The notes: generated by a model not told the origin, from the sequence alone. Numbered from the stretch's first letter, positions 17,922-28,816 are shown. The stretch: 64,000 nucleotides of DNA from an uncultured Nitrospiraceae bacterium (GCA_963705105.1 CAVPIW010000012.1:64001-128000), one strand, 5' to 3'. Translations and numbers: made by a program.

Positions 17922-20693
17922 ATGTCGTTGTCGAGGAGGGATTTTATCAAGACCGCCGCTGCCGTCGCCGCAGCAACGGCTGCCGGCATCCCTGTCCCTG
18001 AGGAGCTGCAGGCCGCGGTGAAGCACACCGAGGCCGGGTGGCGATGGGACAAGGCTGTCTGCAGGTTCTGCGGGACGGGGTGCGGCATCATGGTGGCGAC
18101 GAAAAACGACCGTATCGTCGCCGTGAAAGGCGACCCCGCCGCGCCTGTCAATGTGGGTCTGAACTGCATCAAAGGGTATTTCAACGCCAAGATCATCTAC
18201 GGCGCCGACAGGCTCACCGAACCCCTCATGAGGGTCAATGACAAGGGGGATTTCGACAAGAAAGGGAAGTTCAAGCCCGTCACGTGGCAGAAGGCCTTGG
18301 ACGAGATGGCGAAGCAGTTCAAGAAGTACTACGGCCAGGGAGGGCCGACGGCCGTCGGCATGTTCGGCTCGGGCCAGTGGACGGTGATGGAGGGATACGC
18401 CGCCGCCAAGCTGATGAAGGGCGGCTTCCGGAGCAACAACCTCGATCCCAACGCACGCCATTGTATGGCAAGTGCCGTCGCCGCCTTCATGGAGGTCTTC
18501 GGCATAGACGAGCCGGCGGGCAACTACGACGACATGCACCATTCCGATACGATCGTCCTCTGGGGCGCCAACATGTCGGAGATGCACCCCGTCCTCTGGT
18601 CAAAGATCACGGACCGCAAACTGAGCGACACGAAGCGGGTCAAGGTGGTCAACATCTCGACCTTCACAAACCGCTGCTCCAACCTCGCCGATCTCGAGAT
18701 CATCATCAAACCGAACGGCGACCTGGCGGTCCAGAACTACATTCTCCGCGAAATCGTCTACAACCGCCCCCAGGCGATCGACTGGGACTTCGTGAATGCC
18801 AACTGTGTCTTCACGACGGGCTATGTCGACATCGGTTACGGTCTCAGGCCCCAGACGACGCACGGCAAGTACAAGAAGACAGAGCTCGACACGGCGGCCA
18901 TGGAGTCCTTCAAAATCCTCACGAAAGAGGAGGCGACGGCCATGTCGTCCCTGGGGTACAAGGCCGGCGATAAGATGGAGATGAAGCACACGGCCGCACC
19001 GGGCGCTCACTGGGCGATCAGCTTCGAAGATTTCAAGAAAGGCCTCGATCCCTATACCCTCGACTTCGTCGCCGCCCTCGCCAAGGGAGACCCCGACGAA
19101 TCGGTTGAGGACTTCAAGAAGAAGCTCGTGACTCTCACCGACCTCTTCACCGAAAAGCAGCGCAAGGTGGTGAGCTTCTGGACCATGGGCTTCAATCAGC
19201 ATGTCCGGGGCACCTGGGTGAACGAGCAGGTCTATTCGATCCACCTTCTCCTGGGCAAACAGTCGCAGCCCGGCAACGGGGCCTTCAGCCTCACCGGCCA
19301 GCCGAGCGCCTGCGGCACGGCCCGCGAGGTCGGCACCTTCTCGCACCGGCTCCCGGCGGACATGGTCGTGACAAGCCCGAAGCACAGGGAGATCACCGAA
19401 AAGATCTGGAAGCTCCCCGGCGGCACGCTCAATCCCGCCATCGGGTCGCACTTCGTGAAGATCATGAGGGACCTCGAGGACGGCAGGATCCGCTGGGTCT
19501 GGGTGCAGGTGAACAACCCCTGGCAGAACACGGCGAATGCGAACCACTGGATCCAGGCGGCCCGGGAGATGGACAACTTCATCGTCGTCTCCGAAGCATA
19601 CCCCGGCATCTCCGCCAAGGTGGCAGACCTCATCCTGCCTGCCGCGATGATCTTCGAAAAGTGGGGCGCTTACGGGAACGCGGAGCGGAGGACCCAGCAC
19701 TGGAGGCAACAGGTGACGCCCATCGGCAAGTCCATGTCCGACACCTGGCAGCTCCTCGAATTCTCGAAGCGCTTCACCCTCGCCGAGGTCTGGAAGGAGC
19801 AGAAGATCGACGACAAGACGGTCCTGCCGAACGTCATCGCCAAGGCGAAGGAGATGGGCTACAAGGAGACGAGCACCCTCTTCGACGTCCTCTTCGCCCA
19901 CAAGGAAGCGCGGGCCTGCGTGTGGCCCGATCCCGTCGGGAAGGGTTTCCTCAACACCGAAGCGGCGGGAGACAGGCGAAACGTCGAGGGATTCAAGGGC
20001 TACGGCTTCTTTCTGCAGAAGGCTATGTGGGAGGAGTACCGGAAGTTTGGCGTCGGCCACGGCCACGACCTCGCGGACTTCGATACCTATCACAAGGTGC
20101 GGGGCCTGCGGTGGCCCGTCGTCGACGGCAAGGAGACGCTCTGGCGGTTCAACGCAGAGTATGATCCCTATGCGAAGAAGGCCGGGCACGGCAAGTTCGC
20201 CTTTTACGGCGACGCCATGAAGGAGATCCCGAAGGGAGACCTGTCGGGGCCGAAGGGCGACGAAAAGGTGAAGCTCCCGAACAAGGCGAAGATATTCCTC
20301 CGCCATTACATCGACCCGCCGGAGATCCCCGACAAGGATTATCCGCTCTGGCTCTGCACGGGAAGGGTGCTCGAACACTGGCACAGCGGCACCATGACGA
20401 TGCGCGTCCCCGAGCTCTACCGGGCCGTGCCGGAGGCCGTCTGCTTCATCCACGGCAAGGACGCCCAGAGCCATGGCGTTAAAGACGGCGACCTCGTCTG
20501 GATCGAGTCCCGGAGAGGGAAGGTCAAGGCGAGGATCGACACGAGGGGGAGAAACACCACGCCCCGGGGCCTGATCTTCGTTCCCTGGTTCGACGAGAAC
20601 GTCTTCATCAACAAGGTGACCCTTGATGCCACATGTCCCATCTCGAAAGAGACGGATTACAAGAAGTGCGCCGTCAAGATCTACAAAGCGTAA
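17922..20693 (+). CDS. napA: Periplasmic nitrate reductase catalytic subunit
   Basis: Tat [15 protein letters not shown]...C Fe-S motif; [42 protein letters not shown] before ATG 17922. Confidence 0.97.
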   Translation: MSLSRRDFIKTAAAVAAATAAGIPVPEELQAAVKHTEAGWRWDKAVCRFCGTGCGIMVATKNDRIVAVKGDPAAPVNVGLNCIKGYFNAKIIYGADRLTEPLMRVNDKGDFDKKGKFKPVTWQKALDEMAKQFKKYYGQGGPTAVGMFGSGQWTVMEGYAAAKLMKGGFRSNNLDPNARHCMASAVAAFMEVFGIDEPAGNYDDMHHSDTIVLWGANMSEMHPVLWSKITDRKLSDTKRVKVVNISTFTNRCSNLADLEIIIKPNGDLAVQNYILREIVYNRPQAIDWDFVNANCVFTTGYVDIGYGLRPQTTHGKYKKTELDTAAMESFKILTKEEATAMSSLGYKAGDKMEMKHTAAPGAHWAISFEDFKKGLDPYTLDFVAALAKGDPDESVEDFKKKLVTLTDLFTEKQRKVVSFWTMGFNQHVRGTWVNEQVYSIHLLLGKQSQPGNGAFSLTGQPSACGTAREVGTFSHRLPADMVVTSPKHREITEKIWKLPGGTLNPAIGSHFVKIMRDLEDGRIRWVWVQVNNPWQNTANANHWIQAAREMDNFIVVSEAYPGISAKVADLILPAAMIFEKWGAYGNAERRTQHWRQQVTPIGKSMSDTWQLLEFSKRFTLAEVWKEQKIDDKTVLPNVIAKAKEMGYKETSTLFDVLFAHKEARACVWPDPVGKGFLNTEAAGDRRNVEGFKGYGFFLQKAMWEEYRKFGVGHGHDLADFDTYHKVRGLRWPVVDGKETLWRFNAEYDPYAKKAGHGKFAFYGDAMKEIPKGDLSGPKGDEKVKLPNKAKIFLRHYIDPPEIPDKDYPLWLCTGRVLEHWHSGTMTMRVPELYRAVPEAVCFIHGKDAQSHGVKDGDLVWIESRRGKVKARIDTRGRNTTPRGLIFVPWFDENVFINKVTLDATCPISKETDYKKCAVKIYKA

Positions 20694-20712
20694 TGCAGGT
20701 GACGGTGAGACC

Positions 20713-21519
20713 ATGAACGCCGCCGGAGGACCGGTAACGGACCGGCGGACGTTCTTTGCCGGGCTGCTCAAAGGGGCGGGTGCGACGGCCCTCTGCGGCC
20801 TCGCCTGGACGGGGTTCATCGACGGCAAGACGTCGTATCCCCTCATCCTCCGCCCACCCGGCGCCGTGAGTGAGGAGGCATTCCTTGCGCTCTGCACCAA
20901 GTGCGGTCTCTGCGCGGGGGCATGCCCCTACGGCGCCCTCATCCTGGCGCGGCCGGGCGACGAAAGGCCCCTGGGGACTCCTTATTTCGTGATGCGGGAC
21001 AATCCGTGCCGCATGTGCAGGGACATTCCCTGTACGGTCGCCTGCCCGACAGGCGCCCTCGTCACATCACTCGTGACGGACCAGGGGGCCGACGGCAGGA
21101 GGAGGCTCAATGTGAACCTGGCAAGGATCGGCCTTGCCGTCATCGACAGGGAGACCTGCGTCGCCCACTGGGGCATCCAGTGCGATGCCTGCTATCGCGC
21201 CTGCCCTGTCATGGACAGGGCGATCACCATCGAGCAGACGAGGAACGTGCGGACGGGAAAGCATGCCATCCTCGTCCCCGTCATCCACAGCGACCACTGC
21301 ACGGGATGCGGCCTCTGCGAGCGGGCCTGCATCACGAAGAAGGCCTCCGTCTTCATACTGCCCCGGCAGATCGCCATGGGGGAATCAAGTACCCGGTACA
21401 TCAGGGGATGGGAGTCCGCCGACGAAGAGAGGATGCAGGACGTGCCCGAAGAGGCTGAAATCGTCACACCGAGGAGTTCACAGAAACCCCTCGACTATCT
21501 GAACAAGGGGGACTTATAG
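20713..21519 (+). CDS. napG: Ferredoxin-type protein NapG
   Basis: RRTFF Tat-like motif, LRPPGA, four Cys clusters. Confidence 0.93.
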   Translation: MNAAGGPVTDRRTFFAGLLKGAGATALCGLAWTGFIDGKTSYPLILRPPGAVSEEAFLALCTKCGLCAGACPYGALILARPGDERPLGTPYFVMRDNPCRMCRDIPCTVACPTGALVTSLVTDQGADGRRRLNVNLARIGLAVIDRETCVAHWGIQCDACYRACPVMDRAITIEQTRNVRTGKHAILVPVIHSDHCTGCGLCERACITKKASVFILPRQIAMGESSTRYIRGWESADEERMQDVPEEAEIVTPRSSQKPLDYLNKGDL

Positions 21520-21521
21520 GG

Positions 21522-22358
21522 ATGCCGTCCGGCGGATCATATCGTTACACCGTTCCGCGGAGGCTGATCCAGTTGTCCGTCATGGCCCTCTTCGCCGGGG
21601 GCAACCTGTGGGGATGGAAGGTCCTCCAGGGGAACCTCAGCACGTCGAGACTGCTGGGCAGGATCACCCTTACCGATCCTTACGCGGCACTGCAGGTGTT
21701 GTTCACTCGCTATCTTCTTCCGATGGAGGCACTCGTCGGCGCCGTCATTGTCGCCGTGTTCTTTGCGGCTCTCGGAGGGCGGATATTCTGCGGATGGGTC
21801 TGCCCGGTCAACGTCGTGACGGACCTCGCCAACTGGCTGGGCAAAAGACTCGGGATGGAGACCTTTTTCGACCGTGTCCGTCCCACAAGGAACGCGCGGT
21901 ACTGGATATTGGCCGCAAGCCTCGTCCTGTCCACCATCCTCGGCGTGGCGGCCTTCGAATGGATCAGCCCCATCTCGCTGCTCCACCGCGGTCTCATCTT
22001 CGGCATGGGCATGGGATGGACAGCCGTCCTGGGCCTGTTCCTCTTCGATTTCATCATCATGAGGGACGGCTTCTGCGGTCATCTCTGCCCCCTCGGCGCC
22101 TTTTACGGCATCATAGGCCAAAGGGGCATCATCAGGGTATATTATGACCATGACAAATGTACGATGTGCATGAAGTGCCTGGAGACCTGCCCTGAGCGGC
22201 AGGTGCTCCCCATGGTCGGAAAGAGCAGTGCCTTCGTTCTGCAGGCGGAGTGCACCAACTGCGCCCGCTGTATCGAGATGTGCGGCGACGGCGCGATGGA
22301 ATTTCATACCAGATTTTACAAAAAGAACGTCAAGGGCAAGGAGGAAAACCATGCGTGA
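21522..22358 (+). CDS. napH: Quinol dehydrogenase membrane ferredoxin NapH
   Basis: GRIFCGWVCP, FCGHLCPLG, two CxxCxxCxxxC. Confidence 0.93.
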   Translation: MPSGGSYRYTVPRRLIQLSVMALFAGGNLWGWKVLQGNLSTSRLLGRITLTDPYAALQVLFTRYLLPMEALVGAVIVAVFFAALGGRIFCGWVCPVNVVTDLANWLGKRLGMETFFDRVRPTRNARYWILAASLVLSTILGVAAFEWISPISLLHRGLIFGMGMGWTAVLGLFLFDFIIMRDGFCGHLCPLGAFYGIIGQRGIIRVYYDHDKCTMCMKCLETCPERQVLPMVGKSSAFVLQAECTNCARCIEMCGDGAMEFHTRFYKKNVKGKEENHA

Positions 22359-22905
22359 GAAACATACACAGGCAGTCCTGATCGTCCTGTCGATCATCAT
22401 CTTTCTCGTATCGGGCACTGCACTGGCTGACAAGAAAAAAACCAAGGAACAGGATGAAGGAGACCTCGGCATCCGGAAGGAAACGATTTATGATGAATCC
22501 AGGGTGAAACCGGCCCACGGGGAGTATCCCTCGACCGAGCCGGGCAAGAGTAAGAAAATCCAGCGGGCCTTCGAGAACAGCCCGGCGCTCATCCCCCATG
22601 ACCTGACGGGCATGCTCCCCATAGCAGAGACGAACAACATGTGCCTCGGATGCCATATGCCCGATGCGGCGAGGGCCATCAACGCCACACCTCTGCCGAA
22701 AACCCATTTTGTCGACATGGACACGGGGAAAAACCTGGGCGCCAGCATTGACGGGAAGAGGTACGACTGCATGCAGTGCCATGTCCCCCAGGTGAACATC
22801 CCGGAGCCGATCAAGAACACCTTCAAACCCGATTTCAGAAAGAAGAAGGACATGACGAGTTCGAGCCTGCTCGAAACGCTCAATGAGGGGGTGAAGGTCG
22901 ATTGA
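22351..22905 (+). CDS. napB: Diheme cytochrome c NapB
   Basis: Signal peptide; RAFENSPALIPH; CLGCH and CMQCH; AAGGAGG RBS. Confidence 0.93.
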   Translation: MREKHTQAVLIVLSIIIFLVSGTALADKKKTKEQDEGDLGIRKETIYDESRVKPAHGEYPSTEPGKSKKIQRAFENSPALIPHDLTGMLPIAETNNMCLGCHMPDAARAINATPLPKTHFVDMDTGKNLGASIDGKRYDCMQCHVPQVNIPEPIKNTFKPDFRKKKDMTSSSLLETLNEGVKVD

Positions 22906-22918
22906 TAAGGGGAGCGCC

Positions 22919-23155
22919 ATGATCATTTCAGGCATCGTTGTGAGGACCGCCCCCGAGAACTTCGGGGCGGTCCTCGCGTCCCTCGAGGCATCGGGACTGT
23001 GCGAGGTGCACTTCTCCGATTCTTCCGCAGGGAAGATCGTCGTCACCGTAGAGGGCGACGGAAACGGCGGGGAGATGGTGAAGATGCGGGATATTCTGAA
23101 CATCCCCGGCGTGCTCTCGGCAGTCCTCGCCTATTCATGCAGCGACGGGGCGTAA
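22919..23155 (+). CDS. napD: NapA chaperone NapD
   Basis: ISGIVV...CEVH...GKIVVTVEG...IPGVLSAVLAY. Confidence 0.9.
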   Translation: MIISGIVVRTAPENFGAVLASLEASGLCEVHFSDSSAGKIVVTVEGDGNGGEMVKMRDILNIPGVLSAVLAYSCSDGA

Positions 23156-23156
23156 A

Positions 23157-23402
23157 GACAGTGTGAGTGTGAGTGTCAGTGACAGTAAGAGGAACGTTGT
23201 TGAACCAGTGTGAGTTGAGCGTGCCGTCGCGCGGAAAGGCGTGGCGTATGCGCCGAAAAGCATCGGTGCTGCGAAACCTCTGCCTTCCCGCACAGACCAT
23301 TGCAGACCAACGATCGAACAAAATTAACCTTTTGCGGACACTGACACAGACACTGACACTGTTTTTCGGAGCGTTTTGCCCCGTCTTTTTGCGCAAGGCA
23401 AC
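23157..23402 (-). repeat. Modular intergenic repeat copy with GTGAGT/GTCAGT hexamer runs
   Basis: GAAAGGCGTGGCGTATGCGCCGAAA and ACACTGACACTGTTTTTCGGAGCGTTTTGCCCCG modules; related to 57375-57544. Confidence 0.75.
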
Positions 23403-23550
23403 CGTGAATTATGCTTCAGAAACCATGCCCTATCCTCGTGTGCAGGGTCTCGCTGTCCGCTATTTTCGACTGGGGTGAAAAAGACGGTGTCACACTCAAT
23501 AAACCAATCAACTCAATCAACCTAATCAACTTTCTGTTGGAGGTGGAGCC

Positions 23551-23661
23551 GTGAAGATTCTCAGGACATCGACACTGCTGTCCGGCGCGGTGCTCAGGAT
23601 CGCCGCCGGCCTGGGCGGCGCCCTGCTCGCGTTTCTTGCGCTGAAGAAGAAGAAAGACTGA
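23551..23661 (+). CDS. Possible 36-aa membrane peptide
   Basis: GGAGG RBS, GTG start, MKILRTSTLLSGAVLRIAAGLGGALLAFLALKKKKD. Confidence 0.45.
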   Translation: MKILRTSTLLSGAVLRIAAGLGGALLAFLALKKKKD

Positions 23662-23879
23662 AATAGACCATTCCGTCGCGCCATCCGGGCATGCCCGGGC
23701 CGGATAGACCATTCATGCCTTGTTTCGGGCGGTTCGGGAAACGGCCCCTCCTGTCGGCATCGAGACGGTGAAGCTCGACCAGGTGAAGGCGATACTCACA
23801 AAGCAGCCACCCTACGAGATGTTTTCAGGCTATGTGATCCACAGTTTCGAGTCCTATCTGCAGCAGGGCAACGGGGTGT

Positions 23880-24341
23880 TCAGAACGGCACCTTGATGCC
23901 GTTCAGTTCTTCCTTCGTAATGTCGGGCCACCTCTTGAGTGTCCAGTTTCCCACCCATGCCTTGAAAAGACCGAGGTTCTTCAGCCGCTCCTCGTCGGAG
24001 GCGCCGAGATACTGAAGCATGTTGCCGGGTTTCCCGTCCTTCGTACTCTTGCCGTCATCGAGCCTCCTCATGAGAGAGCCCGTGTCCGGCCAGGCGGTGA
24101 AGGAGACGAGATAGGTGTATGAATCCATGCGCGGTCCCTGGGACAGGTCTGCATACTTCTTCCTGTCCTTGGTGAATACGGGATATTCCGGAGAGTCCTT
24201 CCCGTGGCATCCTGCGCAGTGAGCCTCGAAAAGAGGCTTAATGGCCGTTGTGTATGTGACATCGGTCGCTCCGGCCGGAGCCAGAAGAGCAAGGATCACC
24301 ACGCAGACCGTCATCGCCTGTACTTTTGTCCTGTTAACCAT
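23880..24341 (-). CDS. Monoheme cytochrome c
   Basis: Signal peptide, CAGCH. Confidence 0.8.
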   Translation of the reverse strand: MVNRTKVQAMTVCVVILALLAPAGATDVTYTTAIKPLFEAHCAGCHGKDSPEYPVFTKDRKKYADLSQGPRMDSYTYLVSFTAWPDTGSLMRRLDDGKSTKDGKPGNMLQYLGASDEERLKNLGLFKAWVGNWTLKRWPDITKEELNGIKVPF

Positions 24342-24368
24342 CGTGAACCTCCCTTTTGTGTCGAATCC

Positions 24369-25400
24369 TCATCGTTGCTGAGACGGCTTCATTCCTTTTT
24401 CCCTAAGCCATTCGCCCACATGCTTCATTCCCTGCTCCAGCAGCGTCTCCGGAAGGAACCCCAGCTCTCTCTCCGATTTCTCGCAACAATACGTGACGGC
24501 CGATGATACGGCCCGCACGGCTTCTACGGAAAAAGGGGTCTGCATTCCCAGCATGGAGGCGCCGGCTTCCATCATTTTCGCGAAAGTCAGGACGACCGGG
24601 GCAGGCATGGCCGGGATCCATCCCTTGCCGAGCATCTTCCTGTAGCAGTCAAAGAACTCTTTCACCGTCACGAGTTCCTGTCCGCCCAGGATATATGCTT
24701 CCCCTGCCCTTGCCCGCTGCACCGAGAGCATGATCGCCCGCACGAGGTCGTCGATGTAGATCGGCTGGAGGAGCCCCTTCCCCTTGTTCGGGTAAATCAT
24801 GCGGCCCGATTTTATAAGCTCGATCGGCTTGGCTGTCCAGGCGTAATTCTCAGGCCCGTAAACCTGCGTCGGCTGGAGGATGACGGCGGGAAGTCCCTTC
24901 GTCGCCACGAGATCCCTCACGATGGATTCGGCTTCCATCTTCGTGTCGCAATAGGGCAGGCCGCTCGCCTCGAGAGGTGAATGCTCGTCTTTTCTCCCTG
25001 CGCCCTTGATGCCGTAAACCCAGGCGGTGCTCATGTGGAAGAACCGCTGCACTCCCTGGTCGGCGCTCTGCTCGGCCAGAAACCTGGTGCCCACCACGTT
25101 GACCTGTCTCAAATGGTCGAAAGGGTACCACCTGTCCGCCAGGGCAGCGGCAAAGTGGAAGACGGCATCCGCACCTTTCAGCGCCCGATTCAACACCCTC
25201 CAGTCGGTAATGTCGCCCGCCATGATTTCCGCTGACGTGCCGAAAAGCCTGTCCGCTTTCTCCATGTCCTTCGCGAGTATACGGAGGGAGTACCCGCTGC
25301 GCAGGAGCTCACGGGCCACCCTGCTGCCGATGTACCCTGTGCCGCCGGTGACGAGCACTTTCTTAAAGGGGACGATGCTCTGTAGGGTTTGTCGTTCCAT
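24369..25400 (-). CDS. NAD-dependent epimerase/dehydratase (extended SDR)
   Basis: VTGGTGYIG, YCDTK (YxxxK), VYGP. Confidence 0.9.
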   Translation of the reverse strand: MERQTLQSIVPFKKVLVTGGTGYIGSRVARELLRSGYSLRILAKDMEKADRLFGTSAEIMAGDITDWRVLNRALKGADAVFHFAAALADRWYPFDHLRQVNVVGTRFLAEQSADQGVQRFFHMSTAWVYGIKGAGRKDEHSPLEASGLPYCDTKMEAESIVRDLVATKGLPAVILQPTQVYGPENYAWTAKPIELIKSGRMIYPNKGKGLLQPIYIDDLVRAIMLSVQRARAGEAYILGGQELVTVKEFFDCYRKMLGKGWIPAMPAPVVLTFAKMMEAGASMLGMQTPFSVEAVRAVSSAVTYCCEKSERELGFLPETLLEQGMKHVGEWLREKGMKPSQQR

Positions 25401-25451
25401 GGCTGCCGATCCTTCGGGCGCGATTCTCGTTTCAGATTATTTCAGAACAAT

Positions 25452-26075
25452 TTACAGCAACTTGTCCGACACAAGGGCCGTAACGAGCGCATCGACAAGG
25501 GGCTGCACCGCCTTCTCTTTCGCCCCCTCCACCCTTGTCTGAGTAACGGCTGACCAGCGGAGCGTCTCGCTCTTTACATCAAATATTCTTGTCTCGATCG
25601 TGAAAATATCCGCCGAGTAACCGTAGCCCGGCGTGACGACAGCGGCATAGCTGTCGGTATAATAACCGTGCCAGCCGTAGGAAAGGTTCGTCGGCACGAG
25701 ATACACGCCGCCGGGGTAAAGCCTGTCAACCTCTCCCCTGCTTATGGGCCTCATGACCAGCACCGATTCCATGCCGAGTTCCCTGAGCTTTGCGACGACG
25801 GCGGCCCTGTCCTTCATCTGATCAACGGAAAAGAACTTGTGGCTCGCCAGTCCCTCCACACCCCGTGCCTTCATCCGGTCGAGGAACTCATTCTCCATAT
25901 ACCCGCGCAGCAGGTCCCGCTCCATGACGGCAATGACGAAAACCTTCCCGAACTTCGCCTGAAACTGTTCGTTTTTCCACGTCGTCGCGACCTTCGTCGA
26001 AGCACAGGCGGCAACGATGACAAGACTTGCGATGATGATAAAACACCGGCAGACCCATCTCTTTTTCAGCTCCAT
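25452..26075 (-). CDS. Hypothetical lipoprotein (DUF4136-like)
   Basis: Lipobox VAAC; FTIETRIFDVKSETLRWSA. Confidence 0.7.
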   Translation of the reverse strand: MELKKRWVCRCFIIIASLVIVAACASTKVATTWKNEQFQAKFGKVFVIAVMERDLLRGYMENEFLDRMKARGVEGLASHKFFSVDQMKDRAAVVAKLRELGMESVLVMRPISRGEVDRLYPGGVYLVPTNLSYGWHGYYTDSYAAVVTPGYGYSADIFTIETRIFDVKSETLRWSAVTQTRVEGAKEKAVQPLVDALVTALVSDKLL

Positions 26076-26213
26076 TTTCCCTTCGCTCCTTTTTGATGTA
26101 TTGTACCCCGAAATATTGTCTTACACAACCATGGTAAAGCATGCAGTTGTATGAAAAGGCGGGGCAGATGCTCAGAAACATAAAGCCATCCTGCCGGCAA
26201 CGATGAACACGGT

Positions 26214-26927
26214 TCAGGGGACGAAGTCGATCCACCGGCCTCCGGAGAGGATTTCATTGGGCCGGAAGGATTTCTTGTACGACATCTTTTCCGTCTCGCC
26301 GACGTAATAACCAAGGTAATAGTAGCGCTTTCCCAGGAGCGCCGACAGTTCGATTTCCCTGAGCATGGTATAGATGCCGATTCTTCGCGGGAGCAGGTCG
26401 GTGTCGTAAAAACAGTAGTTCGATGAGAGGGCATCGAGTCCCTCGTCGACGATCCCCACGGCGATGAGTTTGTCGCCAAGGTAGTAATCCATCTCGATCG
26501 TGCCTGAATAGCCGTTGAACAGGCACTCAAGGAGCATCCCCGTCCGGCTTTCGTCTTCAGCCGTGCTGCCGTGCTTCACCGACAGATATCTGCTGTAGAG
26601 CCGCATCTTTTCTCTGCTCATGAAAGGCCTCGACAGGACGAGACGTATATCCGCGTTTTTCCTGAGGGTCCTCCTCTGGCCCCTGCCCGGCCGGAACCCT
26701 GACGGATCGAGACGAATGGGGATGCAGGCGTTACAATCTCTGCAGGCGTTCCGGTAGAAAATCCCTCCCAGCCTCCGGTACCCTTCAGCGAGCAGCAGGT
26801 GGAAATTGTCCGGAGGGTCTTCAGACGGGCCGTAGACTATGGCGGAGATCCTGCCGTCGTCGAAATAGGGGCAGGGACCCTCATCGGAGAACGAGAGGGG
26901 AGACAGGATGGCATTGTCACGCATCAT
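26214..26927 (-). CDS. Arginyl-tRNA-protein transferase-like / Bpt Asp/Glu leucyltransferase
   Basis: PCPY, GYRRLG..FYRNACRDCNACIPIR, LYSRYLSVKH, YYLGYYV...KMSYK. Confidence 0.9.
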   Translation of the reverse strand: MMRDNAILSPLSFSDEGPCPYFDDGRISAIVYGPSEDPPDNFHLLLAEGYRRLGGIFYRNACRDCNACIPIRLDPSGFRPGRGQRRTLRKNADIRLVLSRPFMSREKMRLYSRYLSVKHGSTAEDESRTGMLLECLFNGYSGTIEMDYYLGDKLIAVGIVDEGLDALSSNYCFYDTDLLPRRIGIYTMLREIELSALLGKRYYYLGYYVGETEKMSYKKSFRPNEILSGGRWIDFVP

Positions 26928-27579
26928 CGCCGTCTATGGACGCCTGCGCCCTGCCGCAGAAATCAAGGTTGATGTCGACCATCTGCCTGAGCACGCGCTC
27001 CCGGTCGATGCCGTATTGATTCATAAGGGTCGAAGCGATCGACGCGTATCGTCCGAAGACCTCTCCCACGTGGCCGGCCGTATACTGGTGGGAGAAGTCC
27101 GGGCACTCCCTGTTGGCGGCGTCCGATTCTATGTATGGCGTCTTCCTGAATGTCTCGTCGATCTGCCCGGCGATCTCGTCCCTCAGAGAAGGCGACTCGT
27201 CACCCTCCACACGCCTCCGGAAGAGCGCTTCGAGAGGGGAGTTTTCGGCATCGAGGCAGGTGGTGAAGTTCCGGCAGTTCTTGCAACTGAACCTGATCTC
27301 ATCCCTGAGGATGTCGATGAGACAGACCTCGAGGACATGCCGGAAGGTCTCGTCATCGCCGGGATTGACAAGTTCGATGAGGCTTTCGACAAAGCCTTCC
27401 CCCTGACGGATGACAGCCGCCGGTGCCTCGTCCACCTTTTTCGCCATCTCCGACCCGATGATGCCCGTTGCGAGGATGACGTAGTAGCGGAGATCCTCGG
27501 GAAAGAGCGTGAGGCGCCTGCTGAACTCCCTCTGGTTCAGTTCATGATAGACTGCGAGCATCGCGTATGATTCAGTCAC
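26917..27579 (-). CDS. Hypothetical protein with Cys cluster (220 aa)
   Basis: AGGAGG RBS, GTG at 27579; CKNCRNFTTC...CPDF; overlaps both neighbours. Confidence 0.65.
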   Translation of the reverse strand: MTESYAMLAVYHELNQREFSRRLTLFPEDLRYYVILATGIIGSEMAKKVDEAPAAVIRQGEGFVESLIELVNPGDDETFRHVLEVCLIDILRDEIRFSCKNCRNFTTCLDAENSPLEALFRRRVEGDESPSLRDEIAGQIDETFRKTPYIESDAANRECPDFSHQYTAGHVGEVFGRYASIASTLMNQYGIDRERVLRQMVDINLDFCGRAQASIDGDDA

Positions 27580-28393
27580 TGCTTCCTCCTGTTCCGATAC
27601 CGGCCCTGACGTCCGCTCCCCATTCCCTGAGTTTCGCGGTGATGAAGGCGATAATCGCACGGTGCTCCCCGGTTCCCCTGTCGGCGACGTGCAGGGGTGA
27701 GCCGAAAGCGAAATGGACCGTCTTTGCGGGATCGATGGGTCCGAAATCCTTGAGACGCCTGCCCGTGCCCCAGGCATCGGTCCTGAGGGCGATGGGAATG
27801 ACGGGCACACCGGCCTTTTTTGCCAGCTTGATACCGATCGTGTTGAACTCGCCGGGATCGAAGACATTTGTTCTCGTGGTCTGCGGAAAAATGACGATGG
27901 ACCTGCCTGATTTCAGGATCTCCGATCCACCGTCGAGGACGGCCCGGAGGTCATCACGGGGGTTGGTCCTGCCGACGGTGACGGGGTCCCGGGATCGCAT
28001 CACATATTTGAAGACGGGATAATCGATGAGGCTTTTCTTGACGACGAAGGTGACGTCCTTGAAGGGGACGATGATGCAGGGGAGGATGAAGGTCTCGAGG
28101 GTGCTCATATGGTTGCCGATGAAGAGGCAGGGTCCGTCCTGCCCGGCAATGTTGTCCGCGCCGGTAATGTGGAACTGCACGCCAACCCGCTCGAGGGCCT
28201 TGAACACGTCGAAGCTGCTCGCCGCCCAGTCCCACGTGTCATAGCGGCCGCGCCTGGCACGTCGACTTGAACGCATGACGATCGCGATGAGCCGTGCATA
28301 AAAAGGCAGTGAAGGGGACAGGCGCGACAGTACCGCACCTCTGTTCTGAGGAGTATGGTAGGAGCCGTTCGTGAAATGTATAAGTTCCTTCAT
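27572..28393 (-). CDS. Lysophospholipid acyltransferase (PlsC-like)
   Basis: NHMSTLE, IFPQTTR; the ORF-track N-extension lies in a repeat. Confidence 0.85.
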   Translation of the reverse strand: MKELIHFTNGSYHTPQNRGAVLSRLSPSLPFYARLIAIVMRSSRRARRGRYDTWDWAASSFDVFKALERVGVQFHITGADNIAGQDGPCLFIGNHMSTLETFILPCIIVPFKDVTFVVKKSLIDYPVFKYVMRSRDPVTVGRTNPRDDLRAVLDGGSEILKSGRSIVIFPQTTRTNVFDPGEFNTIGIKLAKKAGVPVIPIALRTDAWGTGRRLKDFGPIDPAKTVHFAFGSPLHVADRGTGEHRAIIAFITAKLREWGADVRAGIGTGGSSD

Positions 28394-28506
28394 CGTTTTA
28401 TGATCCGGGCAACTCCCGGAAAGTCGGGGCAGATGCGTTTGTGACGATGAAGGCGTCGCCGCAGCAAGGTTTTCGGCGCATACGCCCCGCTCTTCCGGGG
28501 TGATAG

Positions 28507-28773
28507 TCATGATGTCCCGTCATCGTGCCCGGTGCCTCCACTGTTCGGTGTCTTCCGCTGCTCATTCCTCCTGATCGCCTCTTTCACCCGGACAAGAAGA
28601 CGCCGTGCCCAGGCGAACTCGGTGGCGAGGATGCCGATGCCGATGGGGATGACGACAAAGGCGGGGCCGGGGAGCACCATGAGCGCAATGCCGATCAGCA
28701 GGACCGTGAAGCCCACGATGGCGACGATCAGGCGCTTGGCCCTTTTCAGGCTCCGGAGCAGAAAGGCTTCCAT
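28507..28773 (-). CDS. PGPGW-domain small membrane protein
   Basis: VLPGPA...GILATEFAWARRLL. Confidence 0.85.
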   Translation of the reverse strand: MEAFLLRSLKRAKRLIVAIVGFTVLLIGIALMVLPGPAFVVIPIGIGILATEFAWARRLLVRVKEAIRRNEQRKTPNSGGTGHDDGTS

Positions 28774-28816
28774 GTTCTTCGCTCTTATTATACCGCATCA
28801 CCCTCTATACCCTATA

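Noticed and set aside
18600..20900. 766-aa minus-strand ORF
   Set aside because: Antisense shadow of napA, no motifs
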